Shown here: positions 11,349 through 24,561 of the stretch, piece by piece | How the letters are laid out: the number at the start of each line of letters is the position of its first letter | Position numbering within the stretch: the first letter of the stretch is position 1 | Assembly: GCA_000826855.1 (NCBI GenBank) | Contig: JTLS01000075.1 | Coordinates: 1-34,484 of the forward strand | Direction: 5' to 3' | Origin: Basidioascus undulatus | Lineage: Eukaryota | DNA length: 34,484 nucleotides | Notes under the pieces: generated by a model | The model's database searches: none | What the model was told of the DNA's origin: nothing | What the model saw: the letters and a program-made list of their open reading frames with translations, nothing else | Made by a program: the position numbers and the translations under genes

Positions 11349-13031
11349 TCAAGAAGTAACTTTGTAAATGTCGAAACATTCGTTACAGCGGCGGGCTTCT
11401 CCATGTGGATGCAGCTGGAATGGAACGGGAGATAGAGTCATTAAGGGCCTGCTGGATCTGACCGATCGAAAAGCAGACGAACCGTCTGTCTGTGAGCAGA
11501 CGCGTCGGGTCGTACGACTGTCGTCATGCGGGTGCTCGAACTCCGCGCGGTGCTGGAGGCCGGTGCCGGGCGTAGTCGAGATCGGGATCCCGCAAATGCC
11601 GCAGGGGACGGACACGCCGATGAGTCCGAACTTGACTGTGCAGCCGACGAGAAGGAGAGGTTCGGGGATCTTGCGGATGCAGGTCAGCGTCGGTACAAGA
11701 AAGCTCGCTTCGCATCCAGCATTCTAAGCTGGAGCGACAAGGTGGCACCAAAGCCCTGGTACATGCGCTGATACTGCCTGCGGTCCCGGTCTGCCACTGG
11801 ACCATGTTCATCGCGGATATCGACGAGCTTATTGTTCGGCTCGACCCCGCTCAGGACCTGGATCGCGCCCGACCGAAAGACGCTGTTCAGATACTGTTTC
11901 AGCGCAGCTCCTGGGGATCCACAAGATCACGCGGGCATTCCGGACGTCCGTCTCGCCCTGAAAGATGATCCATGTCGGAAAGTTGTTCTCGCCGCGGACA
12001 TCGTTCGCGTGCGCGCCTATGCCGCACGGGACCATTTTACCTGAGCCGATCTGGAGGATCACGTCTTCGATCCGCTCGCGTAGACCGGTCGTGTCATCGG
12101 CGTACAGCGCCATGACTTCTCGCAGCCGCCGGACGATCGGGTGCGTTGGGGACGAGAACTCGGCGATGAGGCCGCCGAGGGTGGGCTGCGCCAGGCGATC
12201 GGTAATGGAAGGGATGGACATGCTGCGAGTTTGTAAAGTAGCTGTGTCACTAATCGACCGGGCACCACGCGAAAGCAAGCAACCACGCTTACAGGGTGAG
12301 CTCCCAAATCGCCTTATGTAGGCCGTGGTGTAGTAGCAATACAACGGTGAGCAGCGCAAGTCCGTGGAATCCGATGAGGTCGGAGAGACACGCCGCACTT
12401 GCAAGGCGGTTCTAGGCCAGCTCCTTCAGCGTTACGCCCTCGTTGCGGAGGAACGGCTCGACGCGGGTGCGGACGCGGGTGCGCTTCGAGAGGATCTTGG
12501 CGAGGTCATCGGCGTTGCGGACGACGAACGCGTTGAGGTCGCGGAACGTTGGTGCTTTGGTGCGGCTGAGGCGCGCAAGCCTCGTCAAAGCTAGCCCGCA
12601 TCATGAAATGCGGGAGAAGAATCGACGCTCGCGGGCGGGAGGCGAGCCTCACTTTTGACGCGCTTCGCAGGCTGCTTGGGAGCGGAGCTACGATCGGATC
12701 CCACCTCACCCATCAGCTACCGTGCCCACTCCCTATGCAGCGCAGCGCCGTGTCAAGCTTCCGCCGGCTGCGTCAGCAAGGCCACCACGACTGCGCGTGG
12801 CACTTCGCCCGAGCCTCCCATCGGCCTCCTACCCGCCCACAACCGCATCCTCCGCGCTGCTCAGAATCCCAAACCGCAACGATGCTCGGAACGACGGCTC
12901 AGACAAGTTGCGGGCTGGAACGCCTGAACGTGTGGATGATGAACTTGCGTTGCCGCGCGCTTAGCGGAAGCGATGGAAGGACGAGCTGCGCCCTGCGCGA
13001 CTGCGCCGGTCGAGGTCGCGTGGAGAGACAT
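11349..13031 (-). pseudogene. Degraded gene of unknown function with a C-terminal CxxC...HxH motif
   Basis: Protein-like segments in shifting frames (TFRDLNAFVVRNADDLAKILSKR...KELA*; LAQPTLGGLIAEFSSPTHPIVRRLREVMALY...WIIFQGETDVRNARVILWIP; VEPNNKLVDIRDEHG...; VPCGICGIPIS...EFEHPHDD), with an in-frame TAG at 12414-12412. Boundaries are uncertain. Confidence 0.4.
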
Positions 13032-14419
13032 GGTGAACGGGGAGTAGTAGCCAGGGAGAGCGAAGGATGAGCGTGTAAGATGAGGTGCTGCTGCGAGAGC
13101 GCGGGCACCATGAGGAGCGTCAGTTCGAAAGCTCGCGAGTGAGACGCAACTGAGAAGTAGCAGGCCCATCGGGAGGCTGTCGCGACTGTGTGTGAGATGA
13201 GGCCGGGTATGAGGCGAGGGGCGTGGATGAGGATGAGTGACCGCGCCGGGCGATGAGGAAAGCGCGGGTTGAGCGAGGTCAGCGGGAACGAGATGGTGAA
13301 AGTAGCAATCCAAGCTGCGATCGAGACGCGTCTGAAGAAGCATCGCGTCGCTCTGCGTCCTCAACGCCTCGAGGCGAAAGCGAATGCACCGATGAGCGAG
13401 AATGTGGACTGGCGAAAGAGCGAACCTCCGCGCGGGCCGTGTCGCGATGAGGCAAGGCAGAGACTTTCCGTTCACGTGCTTACCTCGTTTCCTCCTCGCG
13501 TCTATTAAAATTCGCCGTCTCCAAGTTTTCGGAGCTCTACGTCTCTACGCATGCTCTACCTACAGTATCCTGGGCAAGTCTCTGACATTGTCCTCCCGTT
13601 CGGCGGTGAGAAGCGTTTGGCAGTGAGAAGCTCAACAGCCGCGAGGCTATTCTCCTGTCAATCCCACCCTGTCTATGTCGGTCAGATCATAATGCGTGTC
13701 CACCCGGAGACCAGGAACGAGATAACCTGAGTTCATGTTCAAGGACGCCGAAATGACTCCCGAATAGCGGACGTTACCCGTGGCCGCCTCGTGGGGCCTT
13801 ACTCAGGTATGGCAGATGTCGCAGTTATCGTGGGACAAGCAGCACTACACCCACAACCCCCTCGGCGGACGAGGGTTTAAGTGTGCTCAAGGAGGTCGCT
13901 GCGGGGGACTTTCAGATCTTGGGCCGGTGAGATGCCTGATATCGAGCTGTCGCGTTGATTTAGCCGTAGTAGAAGATGAACAACAAGAAGAAGACTACCT
14001 CTGTCTTTAAATATATGTGTTCAAAAGTTGGGCATCTCGGAGTGGGAGCATATGGAGCTGAACCTGAATGACCTTAGCAACGGTAAATGCAAACTCCGCT
14101 GCTGAACCCCAGGCAGGCAAGGTCGCTTCCATTCCTCTCCCCGCTATCTTCCGACCTGAACTCTGATTTCAGAGAGCAGCATTTATCACTGCCGCATACA
14201 GCGGTAGCCGCCCTGAAGCATGCGCGATCACACCTTTATTTATCCGACATCTCCAACATCAGTCTCTCAACCTCGGCACAAACATGTTACTTGCGAAGAA
14301 AGCACCATAACACCTTGAAACGGTGGAGTCCTGTCGAAGCCAGCAGCCGCCGTTATGAGCGAATGCTTGGCCCGAAACCACGACGCACCCCCAGAGCAGA
14401 GACGGACTCACCTATGGCG

Positions 14420-16394
14420 GTCCCTCCCCGCTCGCCTTCGCCTTCGTCACCACCGCCGCCAACGTCGTCTGAAGTTCGCGCATTTCCCCCATCTTGACGT
14501 TGTCCGAAGCTTCTGACTCCGGGCAACTAATTTGAATGGAAACGGGCTAACCAACAGCTTCATGCGGGTTTGCGTGCTGCTCATCCATCGCTTCTGCGCC
14601 CTATCAACCGTCTTGCCGATGTAACTGATGATGAAGAAGAACTCTAGGATTACCAAGAGGGGCAAGATCTTGCTAAACGTCGCCTAACCTCACCGTGAAG
14701 GGTTGAAGAAATAGGAAGGCAGTGTGAGACAAGCTGCAACACATTGGTACTGACAAGAGCCAAGCCGACGGACTTTGAACCACAGAATGACCGCAGCCGC
14801 AAACACAGAGACCATGGAGGTCGAAGTCTCATGGAAGAACGCAATTCCCTCGCAGAGCCGCTCAACGTCCACAGACCTGCGGGATTGAGGGACTCAGCGG
14901 GAAGCACAGTGCGGCGGAACAACAACAGGGCATGCACATGTAAGTCACCGCCGTGCCGCTGCCTTCTTTCTGCGCCGCCTCCTCAGAGAGACGTAGCGAC
15001 ATGTCAAAGACGGCGCTCACTGTGCGAAAAGACCGGATCAGTGTGTTAGTTGACATGCAAGGCATGGGCAAAATCGCACAGGGCGACACGGTAGCGGACA
15101 ACCATCGTGTAGACCTGTGCAACATCAGGTCAGTACAGAGGTTGAGAATGAAGTACCTCAACTCCAGAACATACCTTGCCCAATAAATCGCGGTGCAGGA
15201 GGCGATCGCGAGGTACACGGGGGCATACGCGCCGACAAGACCCCATCCATATGCCGCGGCCTTGGGCACGGCGCCCTCGTTCGAATACGAGCCTATGAAG
15301 CAGAGAATCGACTGCACTAGGTATGTCTGGGTAAAAGTCGCAGCGATGAGCAGCAGCTTAGGGATGGCGGGCGCGACGAATGCCGGAAAAAAGGCGCGGA
15401 GCGAGGGCATCAGGATGGCCTGCTTGCCGGTCTCAGCGTCCACGGGTCTGCATCGGTATAGAGTGAAATTAGCATTGAAATGGAACACCATGCCTAAACG
15501 TATTCGTTGGAGAGTTCTTGAGCCAAACGTTTACCCATAAACGTCCCGGTCATGACCGGGGGCAGGCCGAATGTTGGGAGGTCGTCCTGATCGAACGCCT
15601 TCGAGAAGCCGCTGAGGAGCAGGGAATAGAGGTAGCGTAAGACGAGACGCGAAGGAATCGAAGAAGTCGTCTCGAGCGAGTCGGGCTTAGGGTTGCAGAT
15701 TGTCAACGTGAGCTGACGGACGGCCTTGAACGGGAGGAAGGAAGCACTACGCTCACCTTGACGTCGTCGCGAAGCAGCCGACGCCTCTCACTCAGCTCAA
15801 GTGCGAGGAGGACGACATGGGCAGAGAACGATACAACGAAGGCCGGAAAGAAGCGGGCGTGTACGAGCGGCGTCGTGGCGTACGTGCGCAATTGCGTGGC
15901 GGAGAAGAGCGCGGCGAGACTGAGGTAGTCGCCGAGGAGAGTGCTTGGAGCCGGCCAGCGGGTGTGATGCAGACAGGAAGTGGGAAGGAAGACGAACTGA
16001 AATAAACCCTATAGCTCAGCACAAAGGTAATCAACACAAAAGTACGAAGGCGAAACGGCACTCACAGTCATTGCAAGCTGAACTGCAAAAGCGGGTGTTG
16101 CCCAAGACTTACACCCATCCTTTGGTACCAGCCCGAGCTTAGCCGCCAACGACGCGACGAGCGCGGTGCCGATCAGCAACTTGAGGCCGGAGAGGACATC
16201 CAACGCCGCCCGCGTAAGACGGGGAGATCGGGCGAGGAAAGCAAGACGGACGGAAGCGCAAGCGACGAACACGGCGGACGGTACCAACACTGGCTGAGAT
16301 CGACCCAACTGACCCAGGCGTCTCCTGGGTTCGCGGCCAAGCAGACTGTATCCCACAGCAGCAGCTGGTTCATCGACTCCGGTGCCTCGCACAT
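14420..16394 (-). pseudogene. Truncated ABCC/MRP-type ABC transporter (TMD0 and start of TMD1 only)
   Basis: DLSQC/LVPSAVF joined by a frameshift near 16285; LLALELSERRRLL; ETTSSIPSRLVLRYLYSLLLSGFSKAFDQDDLP; APAIPKLLLIAATFTQTYLV; GWGLVGAYAPVYLAIA; GTAVTYM..DVERL; RAQKRWMSSTQTRMKL. These match fungal ABCC N-terminal motifs. No Walker A or NBD sequence seen downstream. Confidence 0.8.
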
Positions 16395-16913
16395 GATGAC
16401 CGGCGATTGCGACGAGTTCGCGATGATGCCTCTGTCAGCCTTGCGCTTCCACTGGCATGACCCCGTTGTCAATTCACCTCGCCTACCACGATGCTCCTTA
16501 TCTAACACTGAATGCTTGAACCATTCACAGTCGGCCATGTTGCCTTGGGAAATCAATTCATGTGCAGGGGGGCTGAATACGACTGAAACAAAATGTATCA
16601 CAGACGAATTCAAGTTCAAAAATAAAGCTAGACGAGTAAAAGGGAGATGGCAGGGATGGTGAGGGTAAGGGAGGCGGATCAGGAAAATGTGAAAGTGAGC
16701 CTTGAGAGCCGTGGTGCGCGCCGGTGCGCTGGGAGTTGATCTATAGAAACTATATAGCATAGTCCATCCACGAGCTACAGTTCGCTCAAGTAGAGGTGTG
16801 GAGGAGAGCAAAGGGTTCAATCGAGAATCACAGTTGAGAAGAGATCGGTGGGCATGGGTGGGTGAGAGTGAGGGCCAAGGTGGATACGAGAAGACCGGAG
16901 AGAAGCGTCAGCA

Positions 16914-17586
16914 CTAAACATACACATTTTCCAAACAACGCATAAATGTACGCACCCATGGGATCCTTGAAAATCGCCGACTGCGTAGTAGCTGGCAACG
17001 AGGTTCTTGGACTGCCAGCCACGACAGCCAGCGTCGGCCTCCCTCAAATCGTTGCTTATGAGGACCTCGGTCCCTTGGGTTGTTTTTCATGAGAGCGAGG
17101 CGCACTCCCTCAAAATTGAGGACAAAGTCATCGAGGATGCGGGCCATCCTGTCACCTTTTTTGTGGCACTCGCCAATCTTCTTGTGACTCTCGTCAAGCT
17201 TGTTGTTGCACGCCACCAGCTTGTCGAAAGAGTCCGATCGCCCACCACGGCGCCGCTAGTTCGGGAAGGTGGTCAGTGCACCGGGATAAGGTCTAAAACG
17301 TATATTGGCACCCACCCGAGTCGTCGAACCCCACGTCCGCCTTCGAGGTGAGCGCGTCAGAGGCAATGGCTGAAATCAGTGCAGGCGTTAGCGCTCGGCT
17401 AACCACGCCGTCAGCGGCTTAAAAGACATACTGTCCTGACCGAGAGGCCGTATTTACGACGGCATGCTTTTCCTCCATCGAGGAGAAAGGAGCCGCAGCC
17501 CGGCCGAGCGGAACGATGATGCCGTCGGGACCCGGAGTGGTGGGCGCAGGAAGCTGGAGAGGCGAGGGAAGAGGGCTTACCGACAT
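16914..17586 (-). CDS. Possible small hypothetical protein or remnant with a coiled-coil-like segment
   Basis: MSVSPLPSPLQLPAPTTPGPDGIIVPLG... after a pyrimidine-rich leader, plus a downstream segment ACNNKLDESHKKIGECHKKGDRMARILDDFVLNFEGVRLALMK. No family recognised. Confidence 0.25.
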
Positions 17587-18309
17587 CGTGAGCGTGGGTT
17601 TGGAGGTAAGGTACTTATAGAGAGAGATTTGTGATGTGGTCATGCATTGTGATCTGATGTGACTGACTGCAATGGCAGTCTGTTTCGCATGTAAAAGCGC
17701 CACGCTCAGCCGCGTCTACATTGAGGCCTCACAGTCCCTGTGTACTATTCCAAAAATGTATGTTTTTCCAAAATTATCAACATAGTCTGCTCGCTTCAGC
17801 CCCTCACCAACGTATAGGTGTTCAATGCACCAAATTGCCCTCTCACTTGCTACTCCTCGCTTGTGAGTTCGTAGGTCTACGAGAGGCGCGGGAGTGAGCA
17901 GTTCCTTTCATTTGAAACCCTTGTATTTCTCAGTTCATTCACGAAAATAACAACGGATAGCTCACAGGTGCGATGGGGACGGAGGCCGGCCCTAATATGT
18001 AACGGACATGCGTCGCTGGGAGCGGCCGGCTGAACATGGGGTTGAGAAAGTAGTTACAGCTTCATTCAAATGTCCACTTTGAGCACTGGGAACGTATACA
18101 AGACAGTAGTGCTGATGGTAGCTTCCGACGAGGTTCAGCGATTATGCCGAAGAAACAGCATCCTGGCAAGGCCTTCTGCCAGTAATCATGAAAGACCGCA
18201 AGCTGGGCTGGATTCGCGCCTTGCCTTCCCACCCTCATCTGCTCTGGTTACTTGCCGACGCCCTTCACCTATACACTCGAAGTACTCGCTTATCCACGAG
18301 CCCGATACC

Positions 18310-19159
18310 ATGTCCTTTCCAACCCTTCCCCTCGAGCTCCACCACCGCATCATGGAGCTCGCTGCCGAACCGGCTCACCCACTCGCGTACACCCGGGACT
18401 GGAAGACGCTCGCCTCCCTTTGCCTCGTCTCTCGCTCGTTCTTGCGCGCGCAAAGCTATTCGAATATTTCGTCATATCAACTCGAATCCAGCTCGAGGCG
18501 TTCTCCGGCACATTGCAGAGCAAGCCCGTATTCGCATCGAAGGTTCGCTCGCTGGCGCTTCCGCAGTTCTCCGAGGACCATACCCACCTCCCCATGTTGG
18601 CGCTGGCCAGTATCCTCACACTCGTCAAGGATACCCTCGCGCGCTTTGCTATCGACCGATTTTTTCTGGATGCCGCTTGGGAAGGGGCTGAGGCCGGGAG
18701 AGCGCTGCAGGGGATTCGCGATCTGAAGTGCCTTGAGGAGCTCGTTTGCCCAGGGAACAAAGAGCTTTACATCAGCCGCTTACAGCGACTGGCAATCTTC
18801 CCGCTCAGATAGGACGATCGGTACCTGGCTTGGCTAGCCACTCTCCCACCTCTCCAGGTGCTTGTGGACTAATGGCACCCGCTATTTGACCCCCGCGTAG
18901 ATTCCACCTCCCTGTGGGGCGTTCAAAGCTTTGTGAAGAACAGTCCTTCCCTACGATGGTGCTTCTTCGTTGGTCGCACCACCTTCAGGGGGTTATTACT
19001 CTTGATCGAGCGCGGGAGCGCTCCAAAGACTGGTGGTCTCCCGCTTGCTCAGTGGAAGTCGTCTGCGTGTCTATCCATAAAGCATCGGAGAGGAGTGTTG
19101 TGGACTTGGCTGTCGAGGGAACTCTTTGGGAGCAGCGTGGCAAGAGCTTGTCGGCGTGA
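18310..19159 (+). pseudogene. F-box-like protein relic, copy A
   Basis: MSFPTLPLELHHRIMELAAEP...WKTLASLCLVSRSF is an F-box-like N-terminus. It frameshifts near 18445 into ARAKLFEYFVIST...KVRSLAL and has in-frame stops at 18810 (TAG) and about 18870 (TAA). Confidence 0.7.
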
Positions 19160-19764
19160 AGTGTGGGAGGGTACCGAGGTTTAATGTTGCATACATACAT
19201 ACCTTTTTCAGGTGGCTTTTGATCTGCGAATGAGTTTGATCCGTTACACAGTCATTTTCTAGAAATATATGCCTTTACTCTGAAGAGCGACGAGCTGTCC
19301 GCGCCGAGCGTAACCGCGAGTGGTGACAGCTTCGATCAGGACGACCTCCTTTCGCCTTCAGTCAACTTCCACGTTTGTCGTGATGTGATAAACTCGACAA
19401 AAGACAGCCGAACCTTTGTCGCCAAACCCTCGAGGACACCACCCCCGTTCCGCCGTTAGGTATACGCCCAGGCCACTTCGCAGTTCGCACTCCTCTAAAC
19501 ATCCCCCAACGGAGATGATCGGCAGCGAGAGGTACAAGCACATATTTAGCGCATATCGCACGGGGATAAGAAACATCAGAAAGTAAAAAGAAAAAAGACC
19601 CCGTAGCGTACACGGGAGAAACGAAGCGAGCGCACAGAGTATACACAGCGCGGCCGTGACTTTTGGGGTTCCCTCACCCCGCCCCCCTCCCATCCCATCA
19701 ACCAACCCCTCCTCCCTCCTCTCCCACTCCTCTCCCTCTCGGTCTCCAGCGAGCACGGACCAAC

Positions 19765-22026
19765 TCAAGCCTCGTCGCCGTTTGGCTTCGCTTTGTCCTC
19801 CTCCTCCTCCTTCTCTTCCGCCTCACCCTCCTTCTTCTCCTCCGCAGCAGGCTTTTCCGGCTCGTCTTGCGCGGGTGGTGGAGCCGCTGCTGCCGGTTCC
19901 GGCTCGTCCTTCGCGCCCTCAGCCTCAGCTTCGGCCTCAGCCTCGTCGTTGTCGGGCGCCTTCTCCTTCTTCTCGCCGTTCTCCTCCTACTCATCCAAGC
20001 CACCATCCGGCACCAGTCAGCCTCTACCCCTCCCAAATTGCGTCTTGGATCGAGATGCACCTTCTTCTCGCTCCCCTCCTCCGCCGCCGCATCCTTCATC
20101 TCCGCGTCCCCGTCCACGTCCTCCTTCATCCCTGCACCCGCACCGCCGGAGCCGGCGCTCTGCGAGTCGATCGCGTTCTGCCAGCGCTGGAGGAGTGCGG
20201 ATGCGCGCTCCTTGAAGTGGAACTCGTCGTCGCGCGGGATGTCTGAGAGCGCGGCGATCTTCTTCATCACTTTGCCAATCTTGGAGACCTATTCCATTAC
20301 ATCCGCCCACCCAAATCTCATCAGCACGTCATGCCCTTTTCGGGAAGGAAGACGGAATGGGAACGCGCGCACCTGCAGAGCGACGATGGAGATGTTGTCC
20401 GCGGCCTCGACGACCGACAAAGTCTGGTCCACTTTAGGCGTGTCCTGCACATCGCAATCCCATCACCCATAACCCATGATCAGCTTCATTCCGCCCCGCC
20501 CTGAACAGCCAAGGTGATAAAGAGACGACGACGGCGACGCACCTCCGCCTTCAGCGGGACCTTGCCCAGGAAGTGGCGCTGCAGCTCGTGCCTCCACGCG
20601 CGCACGCGCTTCACCTCGGGGTCCTCTGCCCAGAACGAATCCGTCCGCGAACAGGTAAGTCAACATGTCAGTCATCAGGAATCAAGTGAAGGAACGAGAG
20701 TCAAAAGACGCGAAGGAAGGGAAGGGGGGAGCGGAGAAGCGGCGAGACAGGCGGGGAGGCCGGAAGGGAGCAAAGGAGGGAAGGAACGGAACGCACCCTC
20801 CGCGTCCCCGTCCCCGCTCTTCTTGGACGCCGGCTCGTCCTCCACGGCACTGGCGGACTTGCGCGGCTTGCTAGCCGTCGCAGCCTTCTTCTCGGTCGAC
20901 TTGCTCGACGCGGGCGCGTCGTCCTCCGACTCCACATCCGCCGCCGCGGCCGCCGCTGCCTTGGACTTCTTCGTCGGTTCCTAATCCATCATCGCGCGCC
21001 ATTTCCGTCAGTCAGCTCGCGCGCCACCACTGCACCTACCCCCTCGACCCCACGCCGAAAAAGCATGAAGCACCCCGCGACTCACTGACTTCCGCCCCTT
21101 CGCGAGCTTATCCAACTTCTGCTTCTTCTTCCCCTTGCTCGGCGCGGCCGCCTCCTTGCGCTTGCGCTTCTTCGCGGCAGCACCGTCGTCGCTGCCGGCG
21201 TCCTCCTCCTCGTCGTCGAGCTCGTCGACGCCCTCGGCCGCGTCCGCCTCGGCGCGCTCCCATTCGGCCTGCGCCTCGGCCTGGTCCGCCTCCCACGCGC
21301 GCGGGTCCTTCGCAACCTTGTACCCCTCGTACAGGTCGCCCTTGCTCTTCGCTGGGTCGTCCAGGAACGCTTGGATCTCCCGCGGCGTCAGGAGAGAGAG
21401 CTCTTTTGGGGTGGACCAGGTGCTAGGGGGAGGGCGGGAGTGATTAGATTTGGAAGAGGATTGGACGGGCGAAGAGAAGATTATTCGCTATGGCCTGTGC
21501 GTGACGTGGAGAGGAGCGCCACCCAGGCGACCTCGCTTCGCCAGGCCCGATATCCACCCTACCGGCACACAAACAAACCCAAAAATGCGCGTGCGAAAGA
21601 AGAACGCGACTCACTATTCAGCGGTAGGGTAGAATTTGACGGCGTAGTAAGTGGCCTTCCCCCTGGGCCTCTCCCTCGCCACGCCCTTGGGCACGCCATC
21701 AGGGTCGACGATCTGCGCGCACCCACCCCAACATCCACACGCCTCATCGGCTCAGCCGTTCATCGCGGTTCCACCTCCCCCGACACGCGCCGCGCCGCGC
21801 CGCGCCGCACCCACCTTGCCGGGCCAGGCCGGGTAGCCCTTGATCTTGGCGAGGACGATGTCGCCGATGTTGTACTTGTGCGACGAGTCGCCAGGAGCGA
21901 ACGTGTCGGACCTGTGGGCGGCGGGGGAAACGGAGCGAAGAGCAGGGGCGCGTAAGTGATGGTGGCTCGATCGGGACGCGACGCGTAGACGAGGGGCGCG
22001 TACTTGCGGCCGCCCTTCTTGGACAT
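19765..22026 (-). CDS. PWWP-domain chromatin protein with a C-terminal TFIIS-N/LEDGF-IBD-like helical domain (multi-exon)
   Basis: MSKKGGR|...YNIGDIVLAKIKGYPAWPGK|IVDPD...YAVKFYPTAE|..WSTPKELSLLT (PWWP). An acidic/basic linker contains KKRKRK. The helical domain reads VRAWRHELQRHFL...SKIGKVMKKIAALSDIPRDDEFHFKERASALLQRW. The acidic tail ends KPNGDEA* at 19765. Confidence 0.88.
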
Positions 22027-22770
22027 GATGAGTGTTCGAACGCGTGAAAGCGGGTGACTATGCGAATGGAAATTGAAGATTTGCAAGGTGGATTTTGAGG
22101 GTCAGTTGGGACGCGTAGGCGGCGTCGATCGAAGGGGGCCAGGGGAGCGTGATGGAAGGAGTTGAGCCGCGAAGGAGCCATTCGCGCTAGTGGAGGGTAC
22201 CTTTGGTTAGATATGCGTGGTCGCTGCTTCCACGCGTTGGAGTGACACCTTCCTACCACTCAGATTGTGATATTTCATACAATTGGTGGAGCTTAGTTCA
22301 AATAAGAATATAGCCCAGAGGACTGACAGCAGCGGCAGATGGCACAGCAGAGCCCGGCAGCACCCTGCAAGGCAGCGTTCAATGAATCCATTCCGGCCCA
22401 GCTTAAGACCGATACGAAGCCATCGCGGAATCCCTGCCCGCACTTCTCTTCCTCGCTTCCAACACACATACTTAACCTGCAAACGAGCCCCTTTCCTCGG
22501 CCCAACAAGCCAGCGCCGCGCTCGGTGGGTCGCATACACTGCCGCACTGCCCATTCATATACCAGACTGAGCTAGACGTCGTGTACGCTTAGTCCACGCA
22601 AGTCTCTTGAGTCCGAAAAAGAGAGCGAGCCGCGTCATCACCTCCGTCGTCCTCGCTCGCTGCCACCTGCCCTCGCCTGCTCGCGTTAGTATTCCCAATG
22701 CCCGCGCTGAAGGCATAACCAAGCGCTTACATGCATGGGGTGTGAGTGATCCAGCTGAGGAACAGTAACC

Positions 22771-23738
22771 ATGTCGAACAAGACCGTCGTAAGTCAACAT
22801 CAGTGGTGTGGCGCCGGGGGGTGTGGACGCTCAGGCACGCTCCCCTCACGCTCCAGTCCCAAACCTACCGCGCGATCATCGACGACGTGATCGCGAATGT
22901 GCGGTCCGATTTCGAGGAGATGGGGATTGAGGAGGCGGTCCTGCAGGAGATGCAGCGGGTGCGTCCCCATCCCTCAGCCCGCACCCTCCCTCTGCCTTTC
23001 CTCTACCTCGTCCCCCCCCCCTCTCCCTAATCTGACTCTCGCCCCACCACACACAGTCCTGGGAGCTCAAAGTCGTCTCCTCCGCCGTGGCGTACTTCCA
23101 CACGGGCGATGCGCCCCCGCCCACACCCACAGCCTCCACCATCGCCCAGCGCCCCGCCGTCGCGCCCGCGCCTGCACCCGCACCTCCCGCACCGGCAGTC
23201 AAGACTGAGCCGGGCACAGGCGGAAGACTCGCGTTTCCGGGGGGGAGCGGGGGGCGGATCCCACAGTACGATGGGGCGGCGGAGGTCGAGCCTGCACCCG
23301 CACCAGTAAAAGCGAAGGTGCGTCTCCACTCCCTTCCCTCCCTCCCCCCGCAGCTCACCTCGCTGCACGCCAGTCGGCCGCCAAGCTCCCGCAATACGAC
23401 GGCCCCTCCGACTCGCCGGGCTCGGACGCCGCTCCCCCACCGCCAGTGAAGGACGACGAAGCGATCGACTCGGACCTGGACGACTCGGACGAGAGCGACG
23501 CGGGGGAGGGCGACGGCGACGACGCGAATGAGGACATCGTCCTCTGCCTGTACGACAAGGTCCAGCGCGTCAAGAACAAGTGGAAGATGACGCTCAAGGA
23601 CGGGATCATCTCGGTTAACGGGAAGGATTACTTGTTCTCGAAATGCACGGGGTGCGTCGGCGCTCTCTTCAGACTTCAGCTGTTCCTTTCGTATGGGTTT
23701 GCTGACGCTCATCGTTACGTAGGGAGTTCGAATGGTGA
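22771..23738 (+). CDS. TOA1: Transcription factor IIA large (alpha/beta) subunit, 5 coding exons
   Basis: MSNKTV|SQTYRAIIDDVIANVRSDFEEMGIEEAVLQEMQR|SWELKV...DEAIDSDLDDSDE...IVLCLYDKVQRVKNKWKMTLKDGIISVNGKDYLFSKCTG|EFEW*. Confidence 0.96.
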
Positions 23739-24561
23739 TTCCCCGAAGTGCCGTCTCGTCCTCTTCCCCTTCCACCCGCATCCCACCTCCCCTCACCTTC
23801 CCGCGCGCCCTTCTTGCACCCCCACCTCCATCCCTCTCATTTCCCACCTCATCCACGCACGCCATCCCCATCCGTCACCATCATCTCACACCCGCAGCTA
23901 CAGCCTCGCATCGCACGATAAAAACAACCTTAGCTACATTACACTGCACTCGCATGATGACCCCCTGAACCTCATGATTTGGTGGCTTTGTGTTGCGTTG
24001 GGGGGTTGGGTGGCGCTTTGTGGGTGTGGGTGTTGGTTTGCTGCGTGCTGGGTGTCGAAGGAGAGCTGTGGGTGTTTCGGTGTCGTCAATTCGATGGCCG
24101 ATTGCCCGCGCCTTGTACACAAAAAAAAACGGTTGAAAGACCAGGGGCGGATTCTCCAACTCGAATCAGTCACGCAGGTTCATCGAACATATTGCTGGAT
24201 GCGCCGGCGAGCTGCGGCCGATCGAAAGGTCCGACTTGCTCGGTTTCGCCAATGCTCGGCTGAAACATACATTTCTAACTCTTTCCTGGTCCTGGTTTTT
24301 ATGCGCTCTTTACTTGAGCCGCCGAAGCGCGAACGAACGACGAAGGAATCCGCGCTCTTGGGGGGCCGACTGCGCCTCTTTGTATGCCTCCGCACAACTG
24401 GGCACAGCCTGGGCACGTATTTCTGCTGAAACAGGATGCACATCAGCTTAGGCTGGTAGGTAGTAATGGTTGACGTTCAAGCTGAGCTCGGTTTTGAGCT
24501 GCGTCTTCGAGACCTAACATGCTCGCTCAGCCTAGTCACTGCTGCTTTCCTTGCGTTGTTT

